Origin: Blasia pusilla
Taxonomy: Eukaryota
DNA: 64,000 nucleotides
Assembly (NCBI GenBank): GCA_050084515.1
Contig: CM114271.1
Span: 40,796,001 to 40,860,000, forward strand
Direction: 5' to 3'
Below are positions 13,844-27,150 of this stretch, piece after piece (the stretch's first letter is position 1; every line of letters begins with the position of its first letter). The notes under the pieces were generated by a model. It had not been told where the DNA came from. It searched no databases and saw only the letters and a list, made by a program, of their open reading frames with translations. The position numbers and the translations under genes were made by a program.

Positions 13844-15627
13844 GTGGAGGAGTTACACGTATTTCTTAGATGTACGATGAGATTCTTACAAAACTTCCTA
13901 GAGTAGAGAGACATAGTCGAGAAGAACCAATAGGAAAGTTTGCGTCGCCACGCATAAGAGGTTCGAGTTGAGCCAGCAATAACAAGACCTCAAGAACATA
14001 AAAAATGGAAGTGGTCTACCATGTTTGTTTCTACAATTCAACGAGAAGGTTCGATCGAACGCCTATAGAGCAAGTAAGGAGTAAAAGAGATTGTAGTGGA
14101 ATGACAAGGTCAAATTTGAAAATTTACCTCTTCTAAAACTCCAACTTTCTTTATGCCCACGACTCAAACTTTCCCTCCTCCCACAATTCCAACTCTCCCT
14201 TGTCTCCAACTTTGGCTGTCTATCGAAACTGTACCAGGCTCCCCACTTATGCAAAAATTACAATCGTAACTATCACACATGTGTAAATACAATGGAGCAT
14301 GCCCTCTCACAATGACACATGTAACTAAAGGGAAAATAACCAATACCACACAAACAGTTGTATAATTTTTTTTCAGCCAACAATGAAAACACGGCACGGA
14401 GTATGCTCGCTTTAAATTCGAGCCAAAAGGAGAAGGAAAAATAGTGACACGGGGTCCACAATACCCCCTCCCAATGCACAAGTCGGGAAATAAGTCTCAT
14501 TAAGAAGCAAAAACTGGGTCCTTACGGTAAAATTGTATAGTATTTTAATTAAGGGTTTACTTGTTGTAGACATCATGCCTTCTTCTTCTTCTTTTTTCCT
14601 TTCCACACATACTAACCCCAATGTTGCAGTAATAGTATAGATTATTTGGGACTAGTAGTTTGCAATGGGATAGTAAAATAGGAATGAAAAAGGTAACTAA
14701 GGGATAATGAAATCTAGTTATTAAGAAATCTACATACATATTTTGGAGCATATAAATATGTAATTTTTTGTTGGAAATTTGACTTGATATGTTTTATGGA
14801 TACTCATTGTAAGCCCAACAAATGAAAAAATACCATATGAAACATTTGGAAATAAGTAGCAACTTTGGAGTGTTAAGAAGCAAGAACTAAATATGAATGA
14901 ACCTATAGATAATTTTGACTTCAACACTTTCAACAATGAGATAATTCTAAAGAAGAAATGGAACCCTTTATTCTTTAAAATGACATAGTCTTACCTTTGA
15001 TCACTATGAAACTATATATTTTGATCAATTTTTCAAATCACATAATTTTGATATGTGGACACTTGGTCATACTCAAGATACTTAACTCCTTGAAAACATC
15101 AAAGCAAACATTTTTATGGTAGATTTTTTTAATAAAATAACCCTTTGGGATTTTTTCCAAGTAAATTTTTCCTTGTAGAATTTTGAATGTAAGTCTCCAC
15201 CCATAAATATGGTCATAACATATTTTTGCATTAAAATTTCATATCAGATTTGCATCTTTTAAAGTTATTTTCCAAAAGTAACCAAAATCTAATTTATGTC
15301 TTTCAAAATTCCCTACCAAAATTATCTTGCAAACAAAAATAAAAATTTGGAATTTCAAATTTGTGAGTGTGTTTCATCCACATTGTTCAATCCGTCTCAC
15401 GAGCGTCAAATTACTAGTATCACATATGAATACACGCATATTCATATTGTGCATAAAAAATAATTGTCAATTGATTCTCATACATTCAAACTTTATTTGC
15501 TTAAGTAAAGGATATACATAGCTCATGTTCAATTATAAAAGTTCCTTACCCATCTTTATTTTTATGTAAAGACTCATATTGCATTAAACAAATACATTTA
15601 AAATCCAGTTATGAAAAATTAAATCTA

Positions 15628-15654
15628 CTAGTTGATTCCCGTGCGATGCACGGG
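15628..15654 (-). mobile_element. Helitron 3' terminus (element extends to higher coordinates; 5' end not located)
   Basis: Minus strand reads CCCGTGCATCGCACGGG-AATCAA-CTAG|T. Confidence 0.75.
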
Positions 15655-16201
15655 TTAATGATGGGTAGTTTAAAGTAAGAATATTGTAAATAAAAATGTC
15701 TTTCATGTAGTATTTGACCTTGAAACCCATCCAATAACTCAATTGACCTTCAAAACCAAACCCCAAGTTACTCAAATACGCATGTCAAGAACCGGATTGG
15801 CTGCAAACACTAGGTGTAACAAGGAGACGTGTTAAAAAATCAAGACAACACCCTCCCATAATCATATACCTTTTTTTGAAACCTACAACTTAAATCCATT
15901 AGAGTTGCAATCATGATTATGTGCTTTGAGTGTTGAGCAAGGGGTAGATATTGTCTTTTTTGGAATATTTCAAAAGGAGAACAACAACCGTACTATGATT
16001 ATAATATATGAATAAAAATTTAATTTATAATATTCTTAGATTTTTTAAATATGATCGTCTCTAATATGAGTCTCCATGATCAAATTAGCATGAGTTTTAG
16101 GGGGCCTCATATCATGTCATCTCATAATTGTAATTTCCTTCATATCTTATTAATTCATTGTTGTAGACTATCATATTGTCCTGGATACTCATTTTCATGC
16201 A

Positions 16202-16264
16202 CGACATGAGGTAGGCAAGCTTACATTGAGGCCTACCTCATGTAAGCTTGCCTACCTCATGTCG
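16202..16264. repeat. Perfect inverted repeat, 25-bp arms with a 13-nt loop
   Basis: CGACATGAGGTAGGCAAGCTTACAT (16202-16226) pairs with ATGTAAGCTTGCCTACCTCATGTCG (16240-16264). Confidence 0.95.
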
Positions 16265-19200
16265 CAAGGGATCCTTTTTTTATTTCCATTTCAAGAGGTT
16301 ATGGCGAGTCAGTGACTTGCTATCACAAAGACGATTAATATATACAACTTATATTTCCTTTAATAAATGTCATTCTTTGAGGGGCTACTATTTTTTTCAT
16401 GTCTTGCGACACATTAAGGTAGATTGCTAGTTGGTAATACCACTTGTGCCGACGTCCGTGTAAGATGTGGCGCTATAGAGAGTCTTCTATTTTACAAGGC
16501 CTTTTCTTCACAAAAGTACACCTAGTTCATATGGAGAGGACCATGTGTCATACCTTCTGAGGTTGAGAACATTCTGTACATGAGGTCCTTATTGACTTAT
16601 TGTAAATAGGTAACATGTGCACACATAATTTTCAAGAGGGGAATTATACCCTTGATGAAGCTCATCATGAAGCTTATCTTTTAAATATAAGACCTAGAGT
16701 TTGGATATGTAATTCAATTGATATATGTTGATGTATTGAGCTTTGATTTTCTTGAGTAAGAATGGGCTAGGATTGATTTGACAATCACACATTTTCATTT
16801 GGTTGTATATTGTTTTATATCTCTTTGTCATAAACGTGTGCAAGTTGGATGTATACAAGCCCAATTGGGAATGAATGTTGTGTTAACAAATTTCAATAGT
16901 GGAGTTCTATCTCTAGAGTAGGTTTATAACTTAGATATACTATAATTTTGGAGTATGTATCTAGAAGACAATTTTATTTGGGTGTCTCCACTTGTTTATG
17001 TACATTTATGGATTATTGAATTCGTAAGATAGATGAATATTAGAAATATGTTCATGATAGCCTATGTAATGTGCATTTACACGACACCATTCATATCATC
17101 ATTGGGAACACCCTTTATTACAAAAAGACAAAGTAGTCCAACCATATAAATAGGAGGATGTCTTTTTGACTTGCAATAGCATATCTTTTTGACATGAGAT
17201 TGGGGCAACAATAAATGTATCCATAGCATGAACAACTAGATATGTTTTTGTAGAATAGCTACTAGCTCCGTGGAGATATTAGTTTTGCCCTTTAGAAATA
17301 TTAAATAAGACTAAAAAAACCACCATTACAATTGGAAACATGACTTCTATCCTAATATGGAAAGTTGGCAAGAAAACACATTTATTTTAATAAATTAACT
17401 CTAGCCCTATTATTCCAAGATTCACTTTTTTAAAATTGCAAGTTAATTGCAATTTGTGTGGACAAGGCCCAACTAATGTGGACTATTTGGTCAATTCCTT
17501 TCCCGATTCCATCATATCATTATTGGCATCAGCCTCTTTCTTGAGAAGCTCACCTTGCATGCCACATGGAAAACCTTTCACACCTGAATTTTTTATTTCT
17601 TTAATGTCAAGCTTAGCTAAGTTGAGGGGCAAATGAAAGAAAAAGACCGAGGTTTAGTTATTAAATTAATTTCTTATCTTAAATTTATTTTAACATTTTG
17701 AGAGTCTCCTTGAATTTTACCAAGTCTACCTCCTCTTAAATATTTGTAATTTGAAATATTTGCTCTATTAAAAAAGTTTAAAGTCTCCCTCCTTTTTAAG
17801 TTTTATCTTATAAAAACAATCTTTAGAAAAATAAATAAAATTTGAAAAACATTATTTTCCAAATTTCTCAAAGAGAAAAATATTTTCAAAGGGTTTCAAG
17901 TTATATTGTTCGTTGTGAAATATCTCCGACCAAAAACTCATCAATAATCTTAATTTTATATTATTGATAGTTGAAATTGAGCTAGCTTAACGTTTGCTTC
18001 TTCCATCTTAAACTTCAAAATTGAAAAGCGTTTCCAAAGGTTGAATGCAAACGGTAGTTTCCCATTTTTTTGGCTTGCTATAATATCCATGAACAAATAT
18101 TTCAAGTCATGCTATCATTGTTACAAATATTTTTTCATAAGTATCGAACTAGGACGGTTTTCATCTCACACTTCCATGGTCGAAAACATTTTATCACAAA
18201 TAGGAAACCAACTTTTTTTCTAACTAATGGGACTTTATCGAATCTTATAGTTATCGTTTTTATTTTCATGCATGTAACCCAATTCATTGCAATGCCTCCA
18301 AATTACTAGTACACATGGATGGTGGTAGGAGGACCTCTCAATAGCATCCCACGACTAAACTTGTGAAATATCAGTTTGGGACTATACATATGTGTGATCA
18401 CGCGTGTGAAATTATAGTGGGGCATGTAAATTTCTCTTCCCGCCATGAAATGTTTTGTCATATAAGTTACACATATAATACAATACTAGTATGTTGCTCG
18501 TGCGATGAACTCATGACACAGTTTCCTCAATGGAAGGGCCTTAAAAAATAGGTTTCAATAATAGTTTTTAAAAATTATACTTAAAATTTGAAATTATATT
18601 AATTTTAAAGTTATAATTATACTTATATTTTTAATCTTCAAATAGTAAGAAAATTTCCCCTTTAAAATAATACCCATCTCCCCTAAACAATTATATTCAT
18701 ACATCAAATTATTCAAATAAAAGTTCAAACAATAACTATTCTTCCCCTTCTACTCTTCCGACCAAAATAACATCTGATGATTCAATTATAAAATAATTTT
18801 AATTAAATAAATCATTTTCCTTTTCCATTAAAATTCATTTTCTTTTCCCAAAATATCACATGTGAATTAATCTGGTTATTTTAAAAAAATCATGTAAAAT
18901 TTTAAATATATTATATATTTTCTAAAATCTTAGAAGAGTAATAACATTTCACTCTTCTAAGTAATTACAATCCTCCATTAAAATTTAAATGATATCCCAA
19001 TCCCTTGAGTAATTTTACCCTTCCATACTATTTAAACAAAATCTACTCCTTCTCCATTAAAATTTATTTTCCATTTTCATCAAATATGAATTAAACATAA
19101 TTTTCTAAATTTAAGGTTATTTATTATAAATATTTCATTTTATTAATATAATATAAACACCCATTATAATAGAAATTATGTAGTGAATTATAAATTGATT

Positions 19201-19352
19201 AATAAATAATTTTACTCTACTCAAAATTCAATTTTCTTTATCCTATCTATTTTTATCCGTCTAATATGACTCAAACAACAAGATGTAAATATTATTTTGT
19301 TGTATTATCTCACTATCTTGTTGTTTTATGGATATAGGATCGCCAATTATTT

Positions 19353-19370
19353 TATATATATATATATATA
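19353..19370. repeat. (TA)n microsatellite
   Basis: Direct reading. Confidence 0.9.
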
Positions 19371-19769
19371 AAATGAGAAACATAACTAAAAGATATTTAT
19401 AAGAAATAAAAATGAAAGAACCCATCCAAATTAAATATGTATAATTCAAAGAGGATGGGATTGAGTACCCCATTCAACCTCCATCCTCCGGTGATGACAC
19501 GTATACGTGGAGTACTCTCGTGACGATATGTGTAGTTGTTGAATTATGCTTTTCACGTGTGCATAGCAAGGGTATTATACTGGTGGATACAAGAGGAAGG
19601 TACAATAGAAGGCGTAAAAACCAAACTCACTACCTTTAGGGCGAAGAGAAAAGAAAGAACTCCTAAACCTTTGATTTAGGGCAATCTTCATGTTCATGGT
19701 CTGTATCTCCAATTGACCACTGGATTTCCCCCAATCGTTCGTGTGGCTCTATCGCTCCCCAAATAGAAT

Positions 19770-20446
19770 ATAAAATTTAATAGAAACTGGGATAGAAAAC
19801 CCATCGGGATACAAAGGAGGGGAGGAATAGAGAGCCAAAAACCCCGCGGCCCAAAACCGGCCTCGAAGAGACAGGAGGGGACCTCCCCCCCCCTAAGGAC
19901 CAAAATCACCAACAACAGAAACAATATCAGCAACACCTATAGAAGTATGGCTATTACTAAGTGAGCCTCTAGCATTGGTGTCTCCAATCGCCTGAACCTG
20001 CCGCAAAATCCCATTTGCGTGGGCACGTTGCAAAGCTATGGAGACCCATTGCCTACAATAAAGTATCGTAGTGGCTAAGGAAAACCCATTTCTCGACTGG
20101 AGATGATGGGCGCAATCCGTAAGAAACGAGTCAAACCTCTCCTCCATAGCCCCGTACATCTCAATGGCTAGGGGGGTAAATCGATGTCCGTCATGAAATC
20201 GACTATAAATGTGGGTCTTATTTACCGCCGCCGCTCCTTGTAGTAGTCTCCCTTGTGCCACCACTTGGGCCCGCACCGTCTCCCGCGTAGGATCTGTCAC
20301 TACAACATCCGCTACCACCATCTTAGACTCCCGCGTCATGCAGAGATCACTACGGATAAGGGAATCCCACATGGAGTAGTGCCTCTCTCTGTGCACATGG
20401 AAGTCACTCTCCCAAGCAATAGAGAAGATAATATTCCGCATCATAA
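19770..20446 (-). mobile_element. 5'-truncated CRE-like non-LTR retrotransposon: C-terminal restriction-like endonuclease (ORF 20444-19893) plus 3' UTR
   Basis: RSD...VVADVVVTDP...AAAVNKTHIY...FTPLAIEMYG...VSIALQRAHA matches the RLE-domain pattern of CRE-clade elements. Outer boundaries are approximate. Confidence 0.7.
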
Positions 20447-20450
20447 GTGA

Positions 20451-20568
20451 CTTGTGATAACCACAATTTTGTATTTTTGAAGATTTAGAGCTTTTGATAT
20501 TATGGTTGCGTAGTAGAAGAATAAAAAGCTCTAAATCTTCAAAAGTACAAAATTGTGGTTATCACAAG
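20451..20568. repeat. Fold-back inverted repeat, 45-bp arms (1 mismatch)
   Basis: CTTGTGATAACCACAATTTTGTA.TTTTGAAGATTTAGAGCTTTT and its reverse complement. The loop sequence recurs directly at ~20653-20683. Confidence 0.9.
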
Positions 20569-21638
20569 CTTCTTTGAATAAAAAGCTCAAAATCATAGAT
20601 TTTGAGCTTTTGAAGATTTTGAACTTTTTATCAACTTGTATATACACTATGATTTTGATATTATGGTTGCGTAGTAGAAGAATGAGTGAGATTGAAGTGA
20701 ATCACGAAGCTCCAAGGATAAGGCAGAGAGGTAGATAATCAAGGATTTGCCTTAGAGGAGAGAGAAATGCAGTAACAAAGTCTCAAGACCCAGCGCGAAG
20801 CTTGGAAAAGACAACGAAGCTATGTTAAGAACTTGTGTATGAAGTACTTCGCTCTTGAACGAAGAATGAAGACGAAGTAGAAGAAGTACTACGCTCTTCA
20901 GTGAAGCACGAAGCACTTGAAACCAGAGCAAAGAATGGAGCGCTTCATCTTCAGATTAGGAGAAAGAGCTTCGTCCTCAAGTGAAGCAAAAGAGGTCCAG
21001 ACTTCGCGGCGAAGCGAAACTTAGACTAGAAGTGATTTCAAGCGGCACACCGTTAGAACAGTTAGACTAAGAAGAGGCGCGACTTTTCGTATCAAATAGG
21101 AAGTTAGTACAGTTACGCTCTGCGGATTCATAGGGATCCGAGGAAAAGAAAAGAGAACCATAGATCTGGGTAGTTACAAATGTTGAAGAGACACCGGCTT
21201 CATCAAGAACGCTTCGAATCTTTGGAACACTTCTACTTCAGAGAGTATTTAAGAAACATGAAAGTAGCTATCATCATATTTCTTTCACGAAGTCCTTATG
21301 CTGTAGGAATGGTCCGAGCAAGGGAGTAGTACCCTCTCGAGCTTGTATAACACTTTGAAGCTTTCTCATTCTTGATGGAGTAGTAAAGCACTCATTCCTT
21401 CATCCTAGTTCCGAAAGTAGGAGAAGCCAACTTCCTTGTTGAGATCTCTGTGAGGTTTCTTGATGTCGAGAGGAAATCTACCCGAGCGTGATGTCAGCTC
21501 CACTAGAGAGAATTGAGGAAAGGAATCTTGACTAAGAGAGATCCGACGACGTTGATAAGTCATTTAATCTAAATCATATACACTTAAATATAATTATCGC
21601 AAGAGAATTGTAATTTGGAATTCTATTTTCACCAAACA
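20569..21638 (+). mobile_element. Possible LTR remnant
   Basis: Non-coding GA-rich tract with a TATA-like stretch (~21090), ending in ...CACCAAACA. No TSD found. Confidence 0.3.
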
Positions 21639-24600
21639 ATGATCCTCTTGGGGATCGAATTCAGTAAATAAATATAAATCTAAAACTCTTGTATATTATA
21701 TGACTATTCTCTCACCCCAATTGGACATCGTGCCAAATACACACCCAGACTCCGGCAACACTCACAATGTATCAAACCAACTACCCATGGTTGGGGGAAG
21801 CCAATCGAAACCGCATTCCTGTAAAATAGATAAGTGATGCGTTTATGATATAGTTTCCCGCTCCCCAAACGGGAAGACTACCTAGTGTGGATGGCGGACA
21901 GGATCCCCATAGGTTGTTTCCGGTTTTCCGTGCACTCTGATTTCCCACGCTCGCCACTTCCCACCGCCTTTACCACTCACTCCATCTCTAACCGGTCCCG
22001 ACAGAAGGCAGAAAGAAAGAAGCGTCGGACAGACGAAGTCATCGTCGGGGAACTTCCGTTCAAGCTGAACGTTGAGCGTTAGTTTGTGTCAGATGACGGA
22101 AGGAGGGAAAATGTGGTCCCCATGTGCATTCTGCCCTCATTTCGCGCACTTGAGTGCCTCGCGAACAGACAGCCACGTGGTGGGACACTGTCACTGTGTC
22201 GAGCAGGAGATGTCACAGTGCTGAGGGTAATGGTCAAGCGATCGTCGGGTGTTTCGACCTGGGCTCGTTAAAGGTGATGGATATATTCGGATCCGGGTTC
22301 GCTAAAGGTCACGTACTCTGCAGGCACCGGTCGGCCGGGCGGACTTATATCTATGGCGTAGTTGAGGTTTTTATTATTGCCCGTTATTATGTTGCGGCTG
22401 GCTATAGTAATTTCCGTAGGGTATGAACTATTTATTTACGAGTTTGTGAAAATTTAGAGAATGATTCTCCACACGATTCTTTGACGGACTAGAAGGTGAG
22501 AGAGAGTGAACCCAGGAGACAAAGTTATTGCGTTCGATAGGAGCTTACATGCTTTAGTTCAAAAAGAGTGACACATGTCAATTATATACAGGTTAAAATT
22601 GACATATGTCACCTAGAGAGATGACACCCTTATAAGGGTACTCTCCCAAATATAGATGAATCCTCCTCCTCCACATATTATTTTGGTTTTCCATAGGATG
22701 AAGAAACATGCTCCTTTTCGGATCTTTCCCATGGAATTGGGACCATTGGAAAAGAAATAGATGGGGAGAAAGTAATTATCAAACATGTGAATAGGCTAGA
22801 TGGCAAGAAAAAAATTAGAAAGAATTTGTAAGGATCGTAAATACAACCAAAATCAATATGTGGGTGATGATGATCCTTTATACGGAGAATCATAATATAT
22901 TTTTTATTCGCTCGTAAGTAAATAATTCATACCCCATGAAAACTATAATATTTATCTGCAAAATACTAGCACATCCTAATAAAAACCTTATAATGGTGGG
23001 AGGGAAGGTTGTTGTAGTGAAAGGATGTTATTCTCAAGCATCGCACAAGTAGCGATGAAGTTTGGGGTGACACGAGTTTATGGATCCACATCTATGCAAG
23101 GGTTCAAATGGTCGCCACATAGATTGTTGAGTCTAGATGTACATGTGATATGGTATTCAAAATGATTACCTGTACTCAAAATAAGGAGTTGCCACAAATC
23201 ATAACTCCCAATATTATCTACTAAAATTAAGATAGATTGTAATATTACAACGTAATCTTTTGCATCATCTTTTGCAATATTTACATGTTCACAACATTGG
23301 TGGGCCTTATGCAAACAATGAGGAATTGGAACTTATTACTTGTTTTAAGATAGACATAACAACAAGCATTCACATGGACGCAAGCAAAAATGCTTCAAAT
23401 TGTGGCAAATGAACACACTATAGGAAAATGAAACATATAAAATTAGGCATTGGAACTATGGTTCTCGTGCATACACATGGAAAAACATTGCACTCAAATT
23501 GATACATAATCGTAATGACAAATATCTAAATCATATGCATGTAAGTAAATCATGAGTGTAATGAACTTTTAAAGATATTTCTAACCGGAAATAAACCATC
23601 CGTAGAAACCCTAAACAAAATTGGAAACATTGAATATAAATTAATCCAAAAAATTAGTGAATTAATAAGAAACTACTGACAATGTAATGGGAAATCTGAG
23701 GCATGTATGAATAAAAAAATGACATTGCATGCCTACAATGTAGCTATCAGAGAATGATTTTTGAGCTATAGACAAATTAACTAGATCGCATAGTCAATTT
23801 TGCTACCTATGTACATTATACATAAGTCGTAGAACCGTTTGCATATGGCCAAAACAAGTTTAAAAAAACGGAAGGTCGGATGTTGTTTGGGTATTTATCA
23901 ACATATCAATTTTCGTGAATTGTGATGAGAGTGTTATAAATTTGCATGAAATAAAGTAAAATTAGCTAAGGGAAACATCCAAAAAAAGAATAAAATCAAC
24001 ATATATAAGGTGTACAATGTAAATACTCACAAGTTGGATGCAACAAAATCCTCATTAAGAGCACTAGTGCTTGTTGGGAGATTCAAGTAGGAAGGGGCCC
24101 TCGTAATTTGATTCATTCTTAGGGCTATGTTCTACCATAGCTTGGTAATTTGGTAAAATTAAGTTGGTGTTGTAGGTCGAGAAAGCAATGGAGAATCAAC
24201 CATCTACCTTTCTTTCCTTATTGCTTTCATGCAAAGTAGCAAGTTTTTAGCCTTGGATGATTGTAGAGATGTAAGTATGTGAATGGGATGTTGGAAACAA
24301 TCCAAGCTCTAAAACAAGCCAAACGTGTTGTAATATAAAGTGGGCAGTTGTTCACAATGTGAATAACATAATGGTGCTACAAATGCTCACTCTTGAAAAC
24401 TGGTACATATGTATGGCAATAAACATGTGGTACCTAAAAAAGGTCACTTAAGAAGATGAAAATTTTACTTGAGAAATAATTTAGAAGAATCAACATTAAA
24501 ACATGGGTTAGTCTCCTAGCTATTTTGTATAGAAGTTGAGAAGTATTTAAGCATGGGAAGCTCATCTATAACAAAGCATTCTATAGTAAAAAGATTGAAA

Positions 24601-25023
24601 TATTGGTTAGATGCATAGATATCTTATGCAAATTATGGTACGTTGCCTTTGACAAGTATTCCAAATGCAATATAGAATGAGCAGTTGTAGCACCATTATG
24701 TAATAAAAAAACAACAATTATAATAGTTGTTGTGAATAGTATTCGGGTGGATTTACTGATTCGACTCATACTTGTGCATGAAATACATGAAAAATATTCT
24801 TCTAGATTTAGGCAAACCAATAAGTAGCTATATGGCAATGAATTTGTGCTTTAGTACATGAAACAAAATTTTCCCTTATCATTGAGGATATCCATAGAAA
24901 ATGCAGCGTAAGGAATAGGAGAGAAACCCTTAGTGGATAGACTATGCTCCTTTATAGGCTCGAATATTGACGGTCAAATGTCAAAGTGGAAGCATGGCTC
25001 AATAAGGCTTATGACTTTGGTGA

Positions 25024-25500
25024 GAATTTGCGGCAAGTGTAGGTTCTAGAGCACACCGCCCGCGTCTTTGGTGGACCAACTTAGTCCCACACGAGGTGTT
25101 GCAGAGGGCGTATGCGCGAGTGGAGCGCCCCTCCCAATTGTTGGTGGATTCCATATTGGATTCGGGTCGTCAATCATAGGCAGTGAGGCACGATGATCAA
25201 CCGTCGTTGATTGTGGTCAATAGGATTGGCATGCCATGGGCAGCCTTTCCCACATTTATGAGTTTTCCCGCTTCCTATGCATTCAAGAAGGACGGACCTA
25301 GCTTGGTTTGGGATGACCAGGTACAGAGGTTGGTGGAGCCCAACGCCGATGAGCGAGAGTGAGAGATGGGATTCCCCATAGGAATGACGGCAGTACAATC
25401 GCTTTCAGAGGCATCACGACGTCATGTCTTCGGTCAAGCAATGGACCTAAACTACTTGACATGGATTTTGAGCTTAGGAATAGTTGAGCAACGTCATTTG
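25024..25500 (+). pseudogene. C-terminal half of a DNMT3-like C5-cytosine DNA methyltransferase domain within a gypsy polyprotein
   Basis: Frame +1 reads AASVGSRAHRPRLWWTNL (motif VIII; cf. DNMT3 SAAHRARYFWGNL), then DSILDSGR, and EPNADERE*EMGFPIGMT...LSEASRRHVFGQAMD (motifs IX-X). Stops at 25177 (TAG) and 25360 (TGA). Confidence 0.8.
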
Positions 25501-27150
25501 AGGATGCGGCAGATCACATGTGTTGCGTTGGTGAGCCCCATGCCTACCGAGACGGTTGAGGCAGAGGTTGGGGGCGAGACGCGAGGAGATTGACATACCA
25601 TGGATGATCGGGAGAGACACCCTTGGACTTCTTGGGATGTTTTGCGGGTACACCATGAGACGGTAGCCACAACATCGAGTGTGGTTTCGGGTACTGCACA
25701 TGGAGATTAGATTTTGCAGTTGGCTGCAGGAGAGCAATCGAGTTGTGTTGTCTGAGACGGGGTTGCACTATAGCAACCATCTACACCTATGCCAGAGAGT
25801 CCTACCGTAGTCATGATGGAGACTTGGGAGCCAGACATGGGCCTTAAGTTGACAAGAGGAGAGCAGTGCCGGATACATCAGTTCCTTAGGAGTTATAGGA
25901 GTTGTTTTGCATTTAGCATGAAAGATTTGGGTACGCGGAAGGGTCCAGGGATCCGCATTGAATTGTCGAGTGACCAGCCAATCTTCCGACTACCCTATAG
26001 GTACAATGACGTGGAGAAGGCTTTGATTCAGAGTAGGAGCTAGGATTTGGATGGAGCAGGACTAGTGGAGATGTCGTATGGAGAGTATGCATCTGCCACT
26101 GTCATGCCCGCCAAGAAGGATGTGCATGGCAACTGGACGGATAGGCGGATGTGTGGAGATTACCAACCTATCAATTGGTAGACAAAGTCCGATATGTATG
26201 CCATGCCCATCCATGAGGAGATATTTGATGCGATTAGGCGTACAAAGATCTTCAATTCATTGGATTTACAAGCCGGATACCATCAGCCGCCTATCAGATT
26301 GGAGGACAGGTAGAAGACGACATTTTGGGGCATCGATCCTCACGGGAAGGATTGTTGGTACCCGTGGCGGTTCTTACCATTCGGGTTAAAGAACGCTCTG
26401 GCTGAGTTTCAGAGGGTCATGGATAGGCTCTTGGCATGGCGTGATTTTTCTAGGTGTTATATTGATGACATCGTAGTCTTTAGGGCCACGGTTGAGGAGC
26501 ATGAGAGACATCAAGAGGAGATATTTCGACGATTGCAGTTACATGGGCTGCAGCTACATCCATGCAAGTACAAGTTCTTCTACAACCAAATTGAGTACTT
26601 GGGTCATATGATATACCCAGGGGGCCTTGGTGTGTAGCAGATGAAGGTAGAGGCTATTTCACGCATTCCACGCCCTACAAATGTGAGTTGAGTTCGTGCA
26701 TTCATGGGATTGGCAAACTTCTATCGATGGTATGTCAAGGGTTTCAATTCGATTGCGAAGCCCCTAACCTTGCTGACCAAGGTGGATCAAGAGTGGCACA
26801 GGGGGGATGAGAAGGAGAGAGCATTTCAGCTGCTCAAGGACAGATTGACTTCCGTGCCCATATTGAGGAGACCGATCAGGGGGCGTCTTTTCCAATTGTA
26901 TATTGATTAGAGCATATTGGGGCTTGGGGCCATGATCACCCAGCATGACGATGATGTTAGAGAGTTTGTGGTGGCTTACGCTGGTCGCTCGAACAACGTT
27001 GCAAAGGCAAAGTATAGCTCGTATGAGGGTGAGTGCTTGGCTGCAGTGTGGGTTGTCGCGCATTTCAGGTATTATCTATTCAGCAACCCCTTAACCATCA
27101 TTACTGATCATCAACCACTTAAGTGGTTGATGGAGTCCGACAAGCTTACA
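25024..27150 (+). mobile_element. Degenerate Ty3/gypsy LTR-retrotransposon pol fragment: DNMT - linker - reverse transcriptase - RNase H
   Basis: RT motifs PIFRLPYR, RRMCGDY, SLDLQAGYHQ, LPFGLKNA, CYIDDIVVF. RNase H motifs FQLYID, YSSYEGECLAAVW, ITDHQPLKWL. All are in one frame with premature stops but no frameshift. Confidence 0.92.

Noticed and set aside
22568-22639. Short imperfect palindromes (16-bp arms; ACCCTTATAAGGGT)
   Set aside because: Possibly a MITE relic, but no TIR/TSD pair could be defined.
24366-24702. 28-bp inverted match ACATAATGGTGCTACAA.TGCTCA.TCT
   Set aside because: Does not extend on either side; no interpretable structure.
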